From the NCBI RefSeq assembly GCF_006345805.1, contig NC_042998.1:110670001-110734000 (forward strand): a stretch of DNA of 64,000 bases, in the 5' to 3' direction. The notes under the pieces are model-generated. The model saw only the letters and a program-made list of their open reading frames with translations. It made no database searches and was not told the DNA's origin. This document shows, in pieces, positions 13,637 to 26,895 of this stretch. This DNA is from Octopus sinensis. Lineage: Eukaryota. The position numbers were made by a program, and so were the translations under genes. The stretch's first letter is position 1. The number at the start of each line of letters is the position of its first letter.

Positions 13637-14316
13637 CCATACCCATATACACACAGGCACACATTGATATGGAAGGCTGTGTGGATGGATAGAAGACGGA
13701 TAGATAGATTTATGGATGGTCGTATGTTTTTCTTTTGAATACATTTAAGTTTTTCGCTATCAAATCAGTCATAAACGAAGTTACACACCTCTTACTTTTA
13801 AGGTGCTCCTCCTGTGTTTTTGGGGTATGTGAATGAGCTATTGAATGCATGTACAGCAATCCGTCGACTATTGAGGTGTTACGTTCCAAAACCCAAACCC
13901 CCAGCGACAGGTGAAAATCGGCGAAGTAAAAACAGTACTGTACTGCATATCTTTTAAAAATTATTTCTATAATTTGTATATACTCATTTTATTATAAATT
14001 CAAAACAACACCACAAAGGAATCAATGTAGGCTTAAATAATAAACTGCGATAGGTGAACCGCGATATGGCAAGGGATTACTGTATGTAGATGTACGTATG
14101 GATACTTCTTGCAGCAATGTCATGAATGTGCATGCTATTTATGTACGTATTAATCAGAGCTTCGTTACTGCCTATATGTGTGAGTCGGTGTGTATGCCAT
14201 GCGGACTTGTAATTATGAACTTATAATACGAATGTTTTACAAATTTTTGCTGTACCACAAATTAATTGAATTCAGAAGATATGAATCAGTTTACTTTGAG
14301 CTCTCTCGTAGAACAT

Positions 14317-14550
14317 TACCTATTTCTTTATTACCCACAAGGGGCTAAACACAGAGGGAACAAACAAGGACAGACATAGTTATTAAGTCGATTACATCGA
14401 CCCCAGTTCGTAACTGGTACTTAATTTATCGACCCCGAAAGGATGAAAGGCAAAGTCGACCTCGGCGGAATTTGAACTCTCAACGTAACGCAGACGAAAT
14501 ACCGCTAAGCATTTTGCCCGGCGTGCTAACGTTTCTGCCAACTCGCCGCC
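14317..14550 (-). mobile_element. tRNA-derived SINE, full length (main family, tail type 1)
   Basis: Reverse complement of the 39206 copy: A/B-box-like head, core ctttcggggtcgataaattaagtaccag, tail gccccttgtgggtaataaagaaatagg. Confidence 0.9.
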
Positions 14551-16762
14551 ATTACCATTTCTCGGATGTTATGTAGCTCGGCACACTTAGGATAATACTC
14601 ATAAAAGAAAATCTATAACTTTATCGATATTTCAGCATAAAATAACACTGTGTAACCGAACTGAAGACAAACCAGTCACGTATGCATGCTGCTATCTACT
14701 GTAATAGGGGATTTTTACAAGTGGTTAAGTAGAGAAATATCAAGCCCATTGTGTTTACACGAAGCTGTTGTTTTTACTGCGACATTCTACCAGTCCTCCA
14801 TATTTTTAAAGGAGTGATCACATCTTGATGCTTGTTCACTATTGTTATTCCCATCGTTATAATTCTTCCTGCAGATAGTATTGTAAATGTCCGTTCCGGC
14901 AATGCCACCTCATGGGCAGTAAGTAAATTACAGAGATTTTTGGATAACTCTCGTTGTGGATAACATCTATATTTCTGTCGCAATGTGGAGGTTTAGAAGC
15001 ATTCCTGTCTCTCTTGTAATCAGATATTTCGGAAATATCTCTGTTAATGGATAGGAAATGCGATGCACCTATACTGCTGATATTATCTACATTAGGGGAT
15101 AGGTGTCCATGTAAAATTTTGTTTTGATATTAGAGCTGTTTCTCATCTCAATTTCTGTGTAAAATAGTCTCGCTAAACTTGAATTTATGAAACAACTGTA
15201 CGCTTATAATTCTATTCCGGAGTTCATCATCTAATCTCATGATATTATTATTTTCACTGTTGAGTATACACGTGACAAATACATTTCTTTTCAAACTGTT
15301 CAGCGGCACGCAGAAACAACTTGACACCCCGTATACTACTGCTTCTATCACTCTGTTTAATATAGTTCCTGTCAGTGTCGATTTATATATTGTAACTACC
15401 AATGTATATTAATGAGCCTACTCTTCGAGTTCCTCGTTTATAGACACTTGTTTCTACAAGTTACATTTACACCAATACTTGACTGAAATATAATTCAACA
15501 AGCGAATATCTACATTTGTTTCAATTACAAGCATCCAAATGATCAATGTTTAAAGATATAGCTAGTGATCGTCAGTTTGTCAGTAGATAAGCGTGTATTT
15601 ATATATATTTCACTGGAAACAGACTATCAATATTCTATTGGCTCTGCACTTTAGAAAAGTCTCAACACGTTTTCATTGCTTAACTTGCAGACACATTCGA
15701 CTCACTTTTATACCGGAAACCTAACATAACAAATGAAAAGCGCAAAAGCGTGAGGGAAATTGAAGAGAAAATAAATGAGAGTAGACTTCTTCAATGTTTG
15801 TGGGAGAGAAAACTGTTCATAATTTATCATTTGTATTCAAACCTAGCTAGTGATAATGATTATATTAAGAATTTTCAGTGTTGAATGAAGAACATTCTTC
15901 TTCAACTAATGGCACCTGAGGAAAATTTCAGTTTGCTATACCAGGTATTTTTGTTATCCATTAGAGTTGATAGTCCCCAGCTTCATAGTATATAATACTG
16001 TGCAAATACTATCAATGAGGTTGGGTGGTCTTCATTCTTCTATTAGTTTGTGAAGTTCTCCAGATGATAAAATTCAATATAGCCTGTTGTTTAGCATGAT
16101 ATTAAAGATCCACAAAGCCTAAATTGTGTTGAGCAACGATGACAGGTGGTATGTATCCAAAATCTTCACATTAGTTTGTCATAAGCCTTTAAGAGAATGT
16201 TATTTGTACATACCATCAAAGTTATTTTTCAAACTTACTTTCATATTCTAGCTTACAATTCTATTGAGACTAATACACGTAAACGTATTGGCAATAGATC
16301 TGTTGACTTTGGAATACTTGTTTGTAAGATGCGGAGAATGCATAAAACAATATACAAGAAGAAGAAAGAATTCAGTAGAAGGTAAGGAAAAGAATGTGCT
16401 GAGGTTTTGAAATCTTAAAGGAAAACACTCAACACTGCAAAAAGTAATGTTTTTATTAATATGACCAGTTTTAATGCTACAATAACCAGGTAAAATCTCG
16501 AAGTAATAATACTGATTGATACCATCATCAAAGCAGATGAACTTTAAAAATTTAAGTAGAAAATATGACGTTGTGAAGATGAATATGCATCAAGTTTTTA
16601 AATTTTTACTAATATAATTATAATTATTTCGTCAAATTCGAAAGGAGCCTCAGAGTATAATTAATATGATCTCCGTTTTGAATGCTCTCAACATTAAATA
16701 TAATAAAATTCTTGGTGTCTTTAATTTCAAATAGAAGTTGTTATTTTAAAACAAATTATAAA

Positions 16763-16932
16763 GCAATGAACTGGCAGGTTTGTTAGCTCTCCAAACAAAA
16801 TACTTAGCGGTATATCGTCTGATTTTACGTCCTGAATTCAGATTCCGTCGATGTAGCCTTTGGCTTTCAACTTTTTGGGGTCGATAAAATAGATACCAAT
16901 TGAACACCGAGGTCGATGTAATCGACTTGCCC
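16763..16932 (+). mobile_element. Decayed tRNA-derived SINE (main family)
   Basis: gaactggcagg..tgttagc...acttagcggtat...ggggtcgataaaatag.tacca...ggtcgatgtaatcgactt. Confidence 0.75.
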
Positions 16933-17799
16933 CTATTCTCAATTTTCAGTCCTTGTACTTATAGTAGTTTGGATTATTTAAAACGAAATTTAAGTATAAC
17001 AACAGAACATTAACTTGAATAAGCTATCAGATAAAACTTAGAACTTAGGTTAGCATCAATCTTTCTTTCTTTCTGGATGTCATCTCAATAAAATTTTAGT
17101 GAAAATTAGTATGAAAAGAAAAGAAAAAGGTTCTGATAATTATTACCTAGGAGAAGATTACAAAGAACCATTAGTCTTTAAAATGTTCAATCATGCAAAT
17201 TCTAATTTAAAAAAAGAAAATGAGCTAGCAAATTCACTTCACATATATAATGAAACGATTCAAACAGAGAACTGAAAACTAATCCTACAAGCATACATTA
17301 TAAACAGCCCATGAGAGTGACTGTGTAATAATGTTCAAGAATATGAATGCACGCAGTAAAAGATGGGTGTCACTTTCAGTGTATTACTTACACTCAAAAA
17401 ACCTATAAGGATATCATCCTCCATATTTCTGAAGTTTGACATTGGATCTTTTAGGTATAGAACTAAACACAGCAAATAGAAAACTTATACAAATTATTTA
17501 GTATAGGAAGTACAGGGTAATTTTTAATAAATAATACAAATATCCTCTGCAGAACAGGAACAAAACTTAAATAAAGATATTCATTTTCAGGGAATGTCGA
17601 ACGGTTGAGGTAAGCGACAACCGTGAGAAGGATTAAAATGTGTAATATATGAAAGATTTAATTACCTAATATCTAAACTCGAATGAAATTAAATAACTTC
17701 CTTTTAAGATGATGGCAAAAAAAACCTCTCCTTGGCCATCTAAATTCAGGCTGCACCACAGCTACGGAGATAGAAAACAAAAGACATCCCGAAAATTTA

Positions 17800-18250
17800 G
17801 CTCTTCACTAATCTGAAGTGACATTGACCTTGGAGGACTGCGGCTAAGTTTATACTTGGAGAGTAGTGCTTCCATGCATGTAGACATCTTAGACTGCATA
17901 CCCCCAAATGCTACTTAACTGATTAATATGACGTCTCAGAGCAATAAATTACAATCACTAACTCACAGTGCACTGCATCTTCACTCAACCATTTCTCCAT
18001 ATTCCACATTGGCATCTTCTTTTGGGTGACGTCCTGTTCCAGGCATCTTCCACTCTACCAATTCTGGACTCACTCATTGACTCTCCTTACAACATACATC
18101 TTGTGTCTCCATCAGCCTCCTTTCACCAATAAACACTCAACGTACGTCTTTCACACCAGATTCTCAGCCCTCTTGAATCTTTTCGGGCGCGTATTTTCCT
18201 GAACTCATCAATCTGAAGCTATTAAAAAAAGAAATTGATTAACCGCCTGT
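17800..18250 (+). mobile_element. Highly decayed 3' end of a CR1/Jockey-like LINE
   Basis: Broken translation resembles the LINE ORF2 tail (ending ..VFP..NL..FK..IN..); many stops. Confidence 0.4.
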
Positions 18251-18559
18251 AAGCCAGCCATCATGAGAGAGGTATACGTCTGCAGTAGACGTGAACCATC
18301 CCTTTATAAATGACCCAATAAATAAAAAGTGGATAACATGTCACATTTTTTACTGTGAACACAATATTTAAATACGAGAGCGAGCGATTGTTTTTTATAG
18401 TGACACAAAACCAAAGCCTGCACATTATAATGTACCAGAGATATATAGCGAAGAAATAATATAAAACAGCTACCTCATATTACGCTCTTTTATGCTTACG
18501 AACTCATGGACCAACACCAAGGGTAATATATAGTATGAAATAGATAATGAAACCATTTC

Positions 18560-19620
18560 AAATAAAACCATAAAATAAAGTATCCTAGCGTATTCCAAAA
18601 GCACTGTCCACAGTACCTAGTGAAAAATGCTCAAGAGTGGCAGGCATTGAGTGCCCTACGCTCCAGCGGGTCTAAGTAAGTAATATGGACGAGGAAAAAT
18701 TTAAACGGTATTCTACTGAAACTCAGCCTGCCGGAAATATATTGTTTGTTACAATTGGACCCTCATTATCAGGGCTTAGATAATCAACGTACATAACGAA
18801 GTTGTCTGGATACGTATGAGATGCGGTAACAAATCTAGCCGGACGCACATGTTGCTCACTTCCTAAAAGTACTCGCGACCAACGGATACCGACGTTCGTT
18901 GTTAACTCCGTACGCGAACACAAGCCAAATAAACGTAGCAAGAGGGGCTTCCCAAAAACCTTCGTCATTTACATGCCCATCCGCAGGGAAGGCCTTGACA
19001 CTCTAATGGTCCATTCAGGGCCGTCTCTACGTAACACCTATCAGGGGTGTAGTCATGCGTTGAATAACACTTCTGCACACTGGCGAACTGCTCTATTCGC
19101 AACAGACATGTGCCTACGTACATACGTAGTATATTAGATATAAGGCTGCAAATGCAACAACTGTTACATCGGTTGCACAGTCCAAACACTACACGTCCGT
19201 GCGAATGAGCACGTCACTACTGACAAGTCTTCCTATCGCAGACACTTAAACAAATGCGGTAACACTATCATAGGCATAGACGCCCCCATACTAGCCTCGA
19301 AGAAGAACACAGGAAATTTCATATTAAGGAAGCTATATTGAACCTCCGTCTCAACTCGAGAATTAACAGTCGATCGGGTTTGGCTGGTGGCACCTATGAA
19401 TACATCACGATGACTACAACCAAAATCATAACATACTCAACCGACACCATCTTCCACCGCTACCCACGACAAAATTCACAACAACCAACAGTTGGAGAGA
19501 TGCTGCTACTGTTTACCCAAACGCCGAGCATTGTATTAGAATAACGAAATCAATGTAACTAGATATTACTTGGACTGCTTCATTATGAAGATAGGCCTTT
19601 GCACCTGAAATATAAAGATT
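18560..19620 (+). mobile_element. Penelope-like element remnant with GIY-YIG endonuclease
   Basis: 19126-19340 translates VVY*I*GCKCNNCYIGCTVQTLHVRANEHVTTDKSSYRRHLNKC (VVY..C.C...YIG.T...L..R..EH); decayed hammerhead-like atgaaga-t-agg..cct-gaaa-tata at 19585-19614; 5' boundary approximate. Confidence 0.75.
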
Positions 19621-19735
19621 TTTGTAAAGATTTTGCATTGCTAGAATCTCTATTTTCCTTTTCTTTATCTAACAACAACAACAATAACAATAACAGAAAT
19701 ATTAATAACAGCAACAATAACAACAAAAATAATAA

Positions 19736-19935
19736 CCCTTTCTACTATAAACACAAGGACTGACATTTTAAAGGATGGGGCCTAGTCGATTGCATCGAAC
19801 CAAGTGCGCAACTGGTTCTTATTTTATCGACCCCGAAAGGATGAAATGTAACGTCAACCTCGGCGGAATTCGAATTCCGAAATACCTCTAAGCATTTCGC
19901 CCAGTCTGCTACCGATTCTGCCATCTCGCCGACTT
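19736..19935 (-). mobile_element. tRNA-derived SINE (main family, tail type 2) with degenerate (AAC/AAT)n tail to its left
   Basis: cctttctacta...gtcgattgcatcga...atcgaccccgaaaggatgaaa...cctcggcggaatt...aagcatttcgccc...ctcgccg. Confidence 0.85.
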
Positions 19936-19946
19936 AATAATAATAT

Positions 19947-21003
<1,057 letters not shown>

Positions 21004-24000
21004 ACGAAGAAATTAAATGCCACCGATACTATTCAACCCAAGAATAACAATCGAGCGGTACGTACATTAAACCTACAACAAAAAATGTACGAAAAACTAC
21101 ACGTGCGAAATAATGTGACAACAGAAATAAACGGACCGGTACCCTACGAAAATGACGACCGTCAAAATAATGGGCCGGACGTTGTACCTCATATCCCGCA
21201 AATAAAACCCAAAAGACGTAAATGGACACGTGAGGAATACATTTCTATCTTACACGCATACTTCACAGCAGTACTCTACCCAAAAAATGAAAATACAACA
21301 ACACATACATATAAAATATGGAAGGAAAATAATAGAGATTTAGACTTGGATACAGCAATGAACCCTAATAAATTAGCTAACGTACGAAGATACATTCTCA
21401 ACACAAAAAAAAATATCAGAAATAGAAATAGAACACCTAAAAGAAAACATACACCAGGAAAATGTAGATAGAAGCCACACAACAATGCCCAATAATATAA
21501 ACACTGAAACTGTAAAACACGAAGACAAACGCAACATTCCCAACAAACACGATGTAAACAACGAAGGGGAGCCTAATGATTATGATAATATAAAAAATAA
21601 AATAATCAAAGAACTGAAAACCACAGAGCTCAAAATGGACCACCGACCATACCTCCCAAGAATCAAAATAAACGAAATAACAACACCTATTATAAACAGC
21701 ATAAACCTAGCCGTCACTGAACTGATAGCCACTGAATCAAAAAAAAGTGATATCACTGAGCTAAATAACCTAATATACGCAGCAGCCACTGCAGCCACAA
21801 AAGAAGCTGGATACTCACCCAAACCCGCCCAACAGGAGTACCACCACCCAAACAAACCCTGTGGATAAATAACATCCAAAGCAAAATAAAAAAAAATAGA
21901 AAAGACCTGTCGATTCTTAATGAAATCAGCAAAGAATCAACGCTACTGAGCAACAAAAAGAGAACAAAAATACTCCGCAAATATAACATCACAGAAAAAG
22001 ATTTGCCTGAAATAAAAGAAAAGCTGAAGCAAGATATCCTTGCCAAAGCACAAAGGATCCGCCGGTACAAGAAACGCCAACGCTTCTTTGAAGAAAACAA
22101 AAAGTTCAACTCCAACCCCAAAACGTTCTACCAAGAACTGGGCAAAAATAAAATAGAAGTCACTGCAGCACCAACGGCAGAAGAATTGGAAGAATTCTGG
22201 GGAGAAATATGGACGGCGAACGAACCACCAAAAAAAAGGAGTATCAAAATAACAAACTCGGCATCTGAACAAATTTGGACCCCCATAACAACTGAAGAGG
22301 TCACCCAGGCACTGCAAAAACTAAGCAACTGGAAGGCACTTGGGCATGACAAGATCCCCAACTTCTGGTTGAAATATCTAACAGGAATGCACAAAAAGCT
22401 GGCTGAAAACTTTAACAACGTACTAGCAGAGCCCGAGACAATGCCTGAATGGCTCACGAAGGGGAAAACCATCTTAATTCCCAAATCAAATGAAACAGAA
22501 AAACCAGAAAACTACAGACCAATAACCTGCCTCCCTACTATGTTCAAGGCATTTACTGCAGTGATATCACAAAGGCTGAACAAGCACCTGGACGAAAACA
22601 AACTGTTCCCAGAAGAGCAGAAAGGATGCCGCAAAGGCTCATATGGCTGTAAAGATCAACTAATGATTAATAAAGCCATAACTGAAGACAGCCACAGAAA
22701 AAAGAAATGCCTCAGTATGGCCTGGATTGACTACAAAAAGGCGTTTGATAGCATCCCCCACACATGGATCCTCGAAACACTAGCCATTAACAAAGTAGCA
22801 CCAACAATCATAAAATTCATAGAGCACTCTATGAATAAATGGCAAACAGTCCTACACCTCCAAACAAAAGAGGGACTCATGAAAACCAAAGACATCCCCA
22901 TTAGAAGAGGAATATTCCAGGGAGATACGCTCTCTCCACTCCTTTTCTGCTTGGCACTGTCACCTCTATCTGATATGCTAAATAGAACTGGATGCGGATA
23001 TAAATGTTTCGGCAAAACGATCAGCCACCTTTTATATATGGATGACCTAAAACTATACGCTGCAAATGACAAACAGCTGGAAACACTATTAAAGACAGTT
23101 CATGGATTTACCAAAGAAATAGATATGAAATTTGGATTAGAAAAATGCGCCAAAGTAACCATGAAAAGAGGAAAACTAGTTAAGAGTAACAACATCACAC
23201 TAGATGAAGCAAATGAAATAAAAGAATTAGACCAAAGCCAAACTTACAAATACTTAGGAATCCATGAACTAGATAAGACACAACACACACAAATGAAAGA
23301 GAAAATAAAAAAAGAATATTATAGACGAGTTAGATCAATACTAAACACAGAGCTCAATGCTAAAAACAAGATAATAGGTATCAACACTTTAGCTGTCCCA
23401 GTTATAAGTTACAGCTACAATATCCTTAACTGGACACGAAATGAACTGACCAAAATAGACAGGAAAACAAGAAAAATAATGACAGGATCTAGGATGCATC
23501 ACCCAAAATCTGACATAGAAAGACTATATATACAACGTATAGAAGGTGGTAGAGGCCTTATACAGCTGGAAAACTACTATAAAATAACCACCATAGGACT
23601 GCAAAAATATCTACTTCAGAAGGAAGGAAAACTGATCCAGATAGCGGCAAAACACGAGCAAAACAAAAAACTGTTCTCAGTATTTAAGGAAGCTGACAAA
23701 TACAAACAAGAAATCATACCACCTAATAAACATGAAGAAGAAGAAGAAGAAGATGAAGAAACAACAAAAGCTATAAAAAAAATGAAATCCAAACTAAAAA
23801 TAGAACAGCAACGAACCATGATAAAACGATGGCAAGAAAAGCCCCTTCATGGTAAATACTGGACTAAACTAAACGCAAAAGAAATAGACAAAGAAAAATC
23901 CCAGCAATGGTTGAGAAGCTCAGGACTCAAAGCAGAAACAGAGGGATTTTTAATTGCAGCACAAGACCAAAGCCTCCCCACCAGAAATTACCAAAAACAT

Positions 24001-24700
24001 GTAATGAAAAGAAATATTACGAGTAACTGCAGAATATGTGGAGATGGACAAGAAACAATAAATCATATTATCTGTAGCTGCCCAGTCCTGGCTAAGAAGG
24101 AATATATTCACAGACATGACAGAGTTGGAACTTACATACATTGGAAGCTATGCCAACATTATGGAATAACAACAGAAAAAAGATGGTATAGACACACACC
24201 AAAAAAGGTCACAGAAAACGAGAAAGCAACCATACTCTGGGATATGCCGATACACACAGATAGAGAAATTAAGGCCAACAGACCAGATATAGTTGTCAGA
24301 GACCATGAAGAAAAAAAATGCTTTCTAATTGATGTATCAATACCGGCAGATGACAACGTGTCTCTAAAAGAAATGGAGAAACTCTCAAAATACAAAGACC
24401 TGGAAATAGAGGTAACTAGAATGTGGAATCTGAAAACAGAAACAATTCCTATCATAGTAGGTGCATTAGGCATGATAAAAAAATATTCAGACAAATACAT
24501 AACAAAAACACCAGGACTTACAAACACATATAACATACAGAAAATTGCACTACTAGGCACTGCACACATCCTACGCAGAACACTTTCCATACAATAACCA
24601 TCAGAGCATCACAACAAATCACAGCACATACCCAAGGCACACAGAGCTGCGCTCGGTAGTGAAGTGAAAGCACGCTATAAAAATAAAAATAAAACTACTG
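21004..24700 (+). mobile_element. R4/Dong-clade non-LTR retrotransposon, family A, near full length
   Basis: N-terminal KRRKWTREEY...NKLANVRRYI domain, RT, CCHC and RLE; 3' UTR ends aaaactactg then (AAT)n; TAA arrays on both sides. Confidence 0.93.
22003..24597 (+). CDS. Reverse transcriptase - CCHC zinc knuckle - restriction-like (PD-D/ExK) endonuclease polyprotein; frame is open from 21769
   Basis: 864-aa ORF with NYRPITCL, WIDYKKAFDSIPH, GIFQGDTLSP, LYMDDLK, CRICGDGQETINHIICSC, RHD, RPDIV..CFLIDVSIP..EKLSKY. Confidence 0.95.
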   Translation: MPEIKEKLKQDILAKAQRIRRYKKRQRFFEENKKFNSNPKTFYQELGKNKIEVTAAPTAEELEEFWGEIWTANEPPKKRSIKITNSASEQIWTPITTEEVTQALQKLSNWKALGHDKIPNFWLKYLTGMHKKLAENFNNVLAEPETMPEWLTKGKTILIPKSNETEKPENYRPITCLPTMFKAFTAVISQRLNKHLDENKLFPEEQKGCRKGSYGCKDQLMINKAITEDSHRKKKCLSMAWIDYKKAFDSIPHTWILETLAINKVAPTIIKFIEHSMNKWQTVLHLQTKEGLMKTKDIPIRRGIFQGDTLSPLLFCLALSPLSDMLNRTGCGYKCFGKTISHLLYMDDLKLYAANDKQLETLLKTVHGFTKEIDMKFGLEKCAKVTMKRGKLVKSNNITLDEANEIKELDQSQTYKYLGIHELDKTQHTQMKEKIKKEYYRRVRSILNTELNAKNKIIGINTLAVPVISYSYNILNWTRNELTKIDRKTRKIMTGSRMHHPKSDIERLYIQRIEGGRGLIQLENYYKITTIGLQKYLLQKEGKLIQIAAKHEQNKKLFSVFKEADKYKQEIIPPNKHEEEEEEDEETTKAIKKMKSKLKIEQQRTMIKRWQEKPLHGKYWTKLNAKEIDKEKSQQWLRSSGLKAETEGFLIAAQDQSLPTRNYQKHVMKRNITSNCRICGDGQETINHIICSCPVLAKKEYIHRHDRVGTYIHWKLCQHYGITTEKRWYRHTPKKVTENEKATILWDMPIHTDREIKANRPDIVVRDHEEKKCFLIDVSIPADDNVSLKEMEKLSKYKDLEIEVTRMWNLKTETIPIIVGALGMIKKYSDKYITKTPGLTNTYNIQKIALLGTAHILRRTLSIQ

Positions 24701-24774
24701 AATAATAATAATAATAATAATAATATAATAATATAATAATAATAATAATATAATAATAATAATAATAATAATAC

Positions 24775-24817
<43 letters not shown>

Positions 24818-24832
24818 TAATAATAATAATAA

Positions 24833-26814
24833 ATCTTCAAAATTTCCCCTGTGATTTCAAACTTCCTGAAGCACAATATGTCGTTGTGGAATACGAATCT
24901 CCAATTATACCACTCTAATGGAGTACTTGCCTCAGAAAATATAAACATCAACTGTGGAATTTTTCAAGGTGACTCACTTTCACCTTTAATATTCTGCATA
25001 GCCCTAATACCCCTTACAAGTGAATTAAACAGAACAAGGTATGGGTATAAAATTGCCAATAAAAAAATAAGCCATCTATTTTATATGGATGACTTAAAAC
25101 TTTATAGTAAAGACAATAATGAACTTGAAGGCCTATTGCGCACCGTGAAAGCATTCAGCGATGACATCGGGATGGAGTTTGGACTTGAGAAGTGTGCCAA
25201 GGCCACTTTCCAGAAAGGGAAAGTGAAGACCACAAATTCAGTCGTGTTAGATGTTGACACAGTCATAAGAGAGCTTGAGCAAGAACAAACATACAAATAG
25301 TTAGGGATAAATGAAGGCTCTGGTATTCAGCATGCAAGCATGAAAGAGAGAATCAGGAAGGAATGTTATAGGAGAGTTCGTGCAGTCCTGAAATCTGAAC
25401 TAAATGCACGTAACAAGGTGTTAGCTATAAATTCCCTAGCAGTTCCAGTTGTTACTTATAGCTACAATGTGTTGAACTGGAATATGAGTGAAGTAAAGAA
25501 TATAGATAGAAAAATACGCAAGCTGCTGAGTTGTAATAGGATGCACCACCCAAAGGCAGACGTAGATCGCCTTTACCTTCCCAGAGCCCAAGGAGGTCGA
25601 GGCCTGATCCAATTTGAACTAGCTTACAAAACAACCACAATTGGACTGGCCAACTATCTCGAAATATCGAATGACTGGATGCTAAAGCTCGTGGAAAATC
25701 ACGAGAGACGAAAGAAGCTTCATTCTATCATCAAGGAAAGCAAAAACTTTGCTATTGATCTCGTGCAGGATACCCAAACTGAACAACCCGAGGGAAGTAC
25801 GGCAACTATTGTTGCAAAGAAGGTGAAAATGATGGCAATGAAAAAAGCGCACGAGCAATTGGCTGATAGGTGGGAGGAGAAACCTCTGCACGGCAAATAT
25901 GTGACCCGCAGCAAACAAGCTGATGTTGACCAGAAGCAAACCCATCAGTGGCTGCGGAGCTCAGGGCTAAAAGCAGAGAGTGAAGGTTTCATCCTGGCTG
26001 CTCAAGACCAAAGCCTATCAACCCGGAACTACCAGGCCAATGTGATGAAAAATGGAGCAGACCCAAAATGCCGATTCTGCAACGACATGATTGAAACAGT
26101 GGACCACCTAATCCCTGGATGTAAAGTCTTAGCACCAGTGGAGTATAAATTAAGACATGACAGAGTTGGCCAATATCTCCACTGGCTAATAAGTCGACAT
26201 TACAATATCAAAACTGCCGACAAGTGGTATAATCACCACCCTGAGGCTGTAACTGAAGGAGAAAATGTAACCATTCTGTGGGACTTTCCAGTACATACAG
26301 ACCGAACCATCAAGGCCAATAAACCAGATATTGTTGTGAAAGACCAAAACAATAAAGTTTGCTTATTGACCGACATGAGCATCCCCTGTGATCATAATAT
26401 CTCAGCGAAAGAGTTTGACAAGCTCAGAAAATATAAAGACATACTCATGGAAATTGAGAAAATGTGGCATCTCAAGGCGGTTACAATACCAGTGATCGTA
26501 GGAGCACTAGGAATGATCAAGAAGGGAACCGAAAATTACATGAGAATGATCCCTGGCTTACCATCCTTGCAAGAAGTGCAAAAGATTGTCTTAACTGGTA
26601 CATCACACGTATTGAGAAGAGCATTGTCGATGTGAGAACTGTTGCTGCTCATGCATTTTAATTTAACTTTAAAAAAAATAAAAAAAAATAAAAATGAACG
26701 AACTACTGAGTTTGGTTTAATGGCCTACCAATATACACTATGAGTTTCTTTGCCCTAGGAGTCGGGAAGACACTCGGCAAGAAATGGAAGAAAATTTGAA
26801 AGAAGAAAAAAAAA

Positions 26815-26815
<1 letters not shown>
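24833..26815 (+). mobile_element. R4/Dong family B, 5'-truncated copy B1 (premature TAG at 25298-25300)
   Basis: ORFs 24851-25300 (QGDSLSP, YMDDLK) and 25340-26635 (CRFC..HLIPGC, RHD, KPDIV..KY); 3' UTR ends agaagaaaaaaaaag then (TAA)n. Confidence 0.93.
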
Positions 26816-26877
<62 letters not shown>

Positions 26878-26895
26878 TTAATAATAATAAAAATA

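Noticed and set aside
14780-16170. Minus-strand coding-like fragments (possible GIY-YIG or membrane-protein remnant)
   Set aside because: No motif convincing enough and many stops
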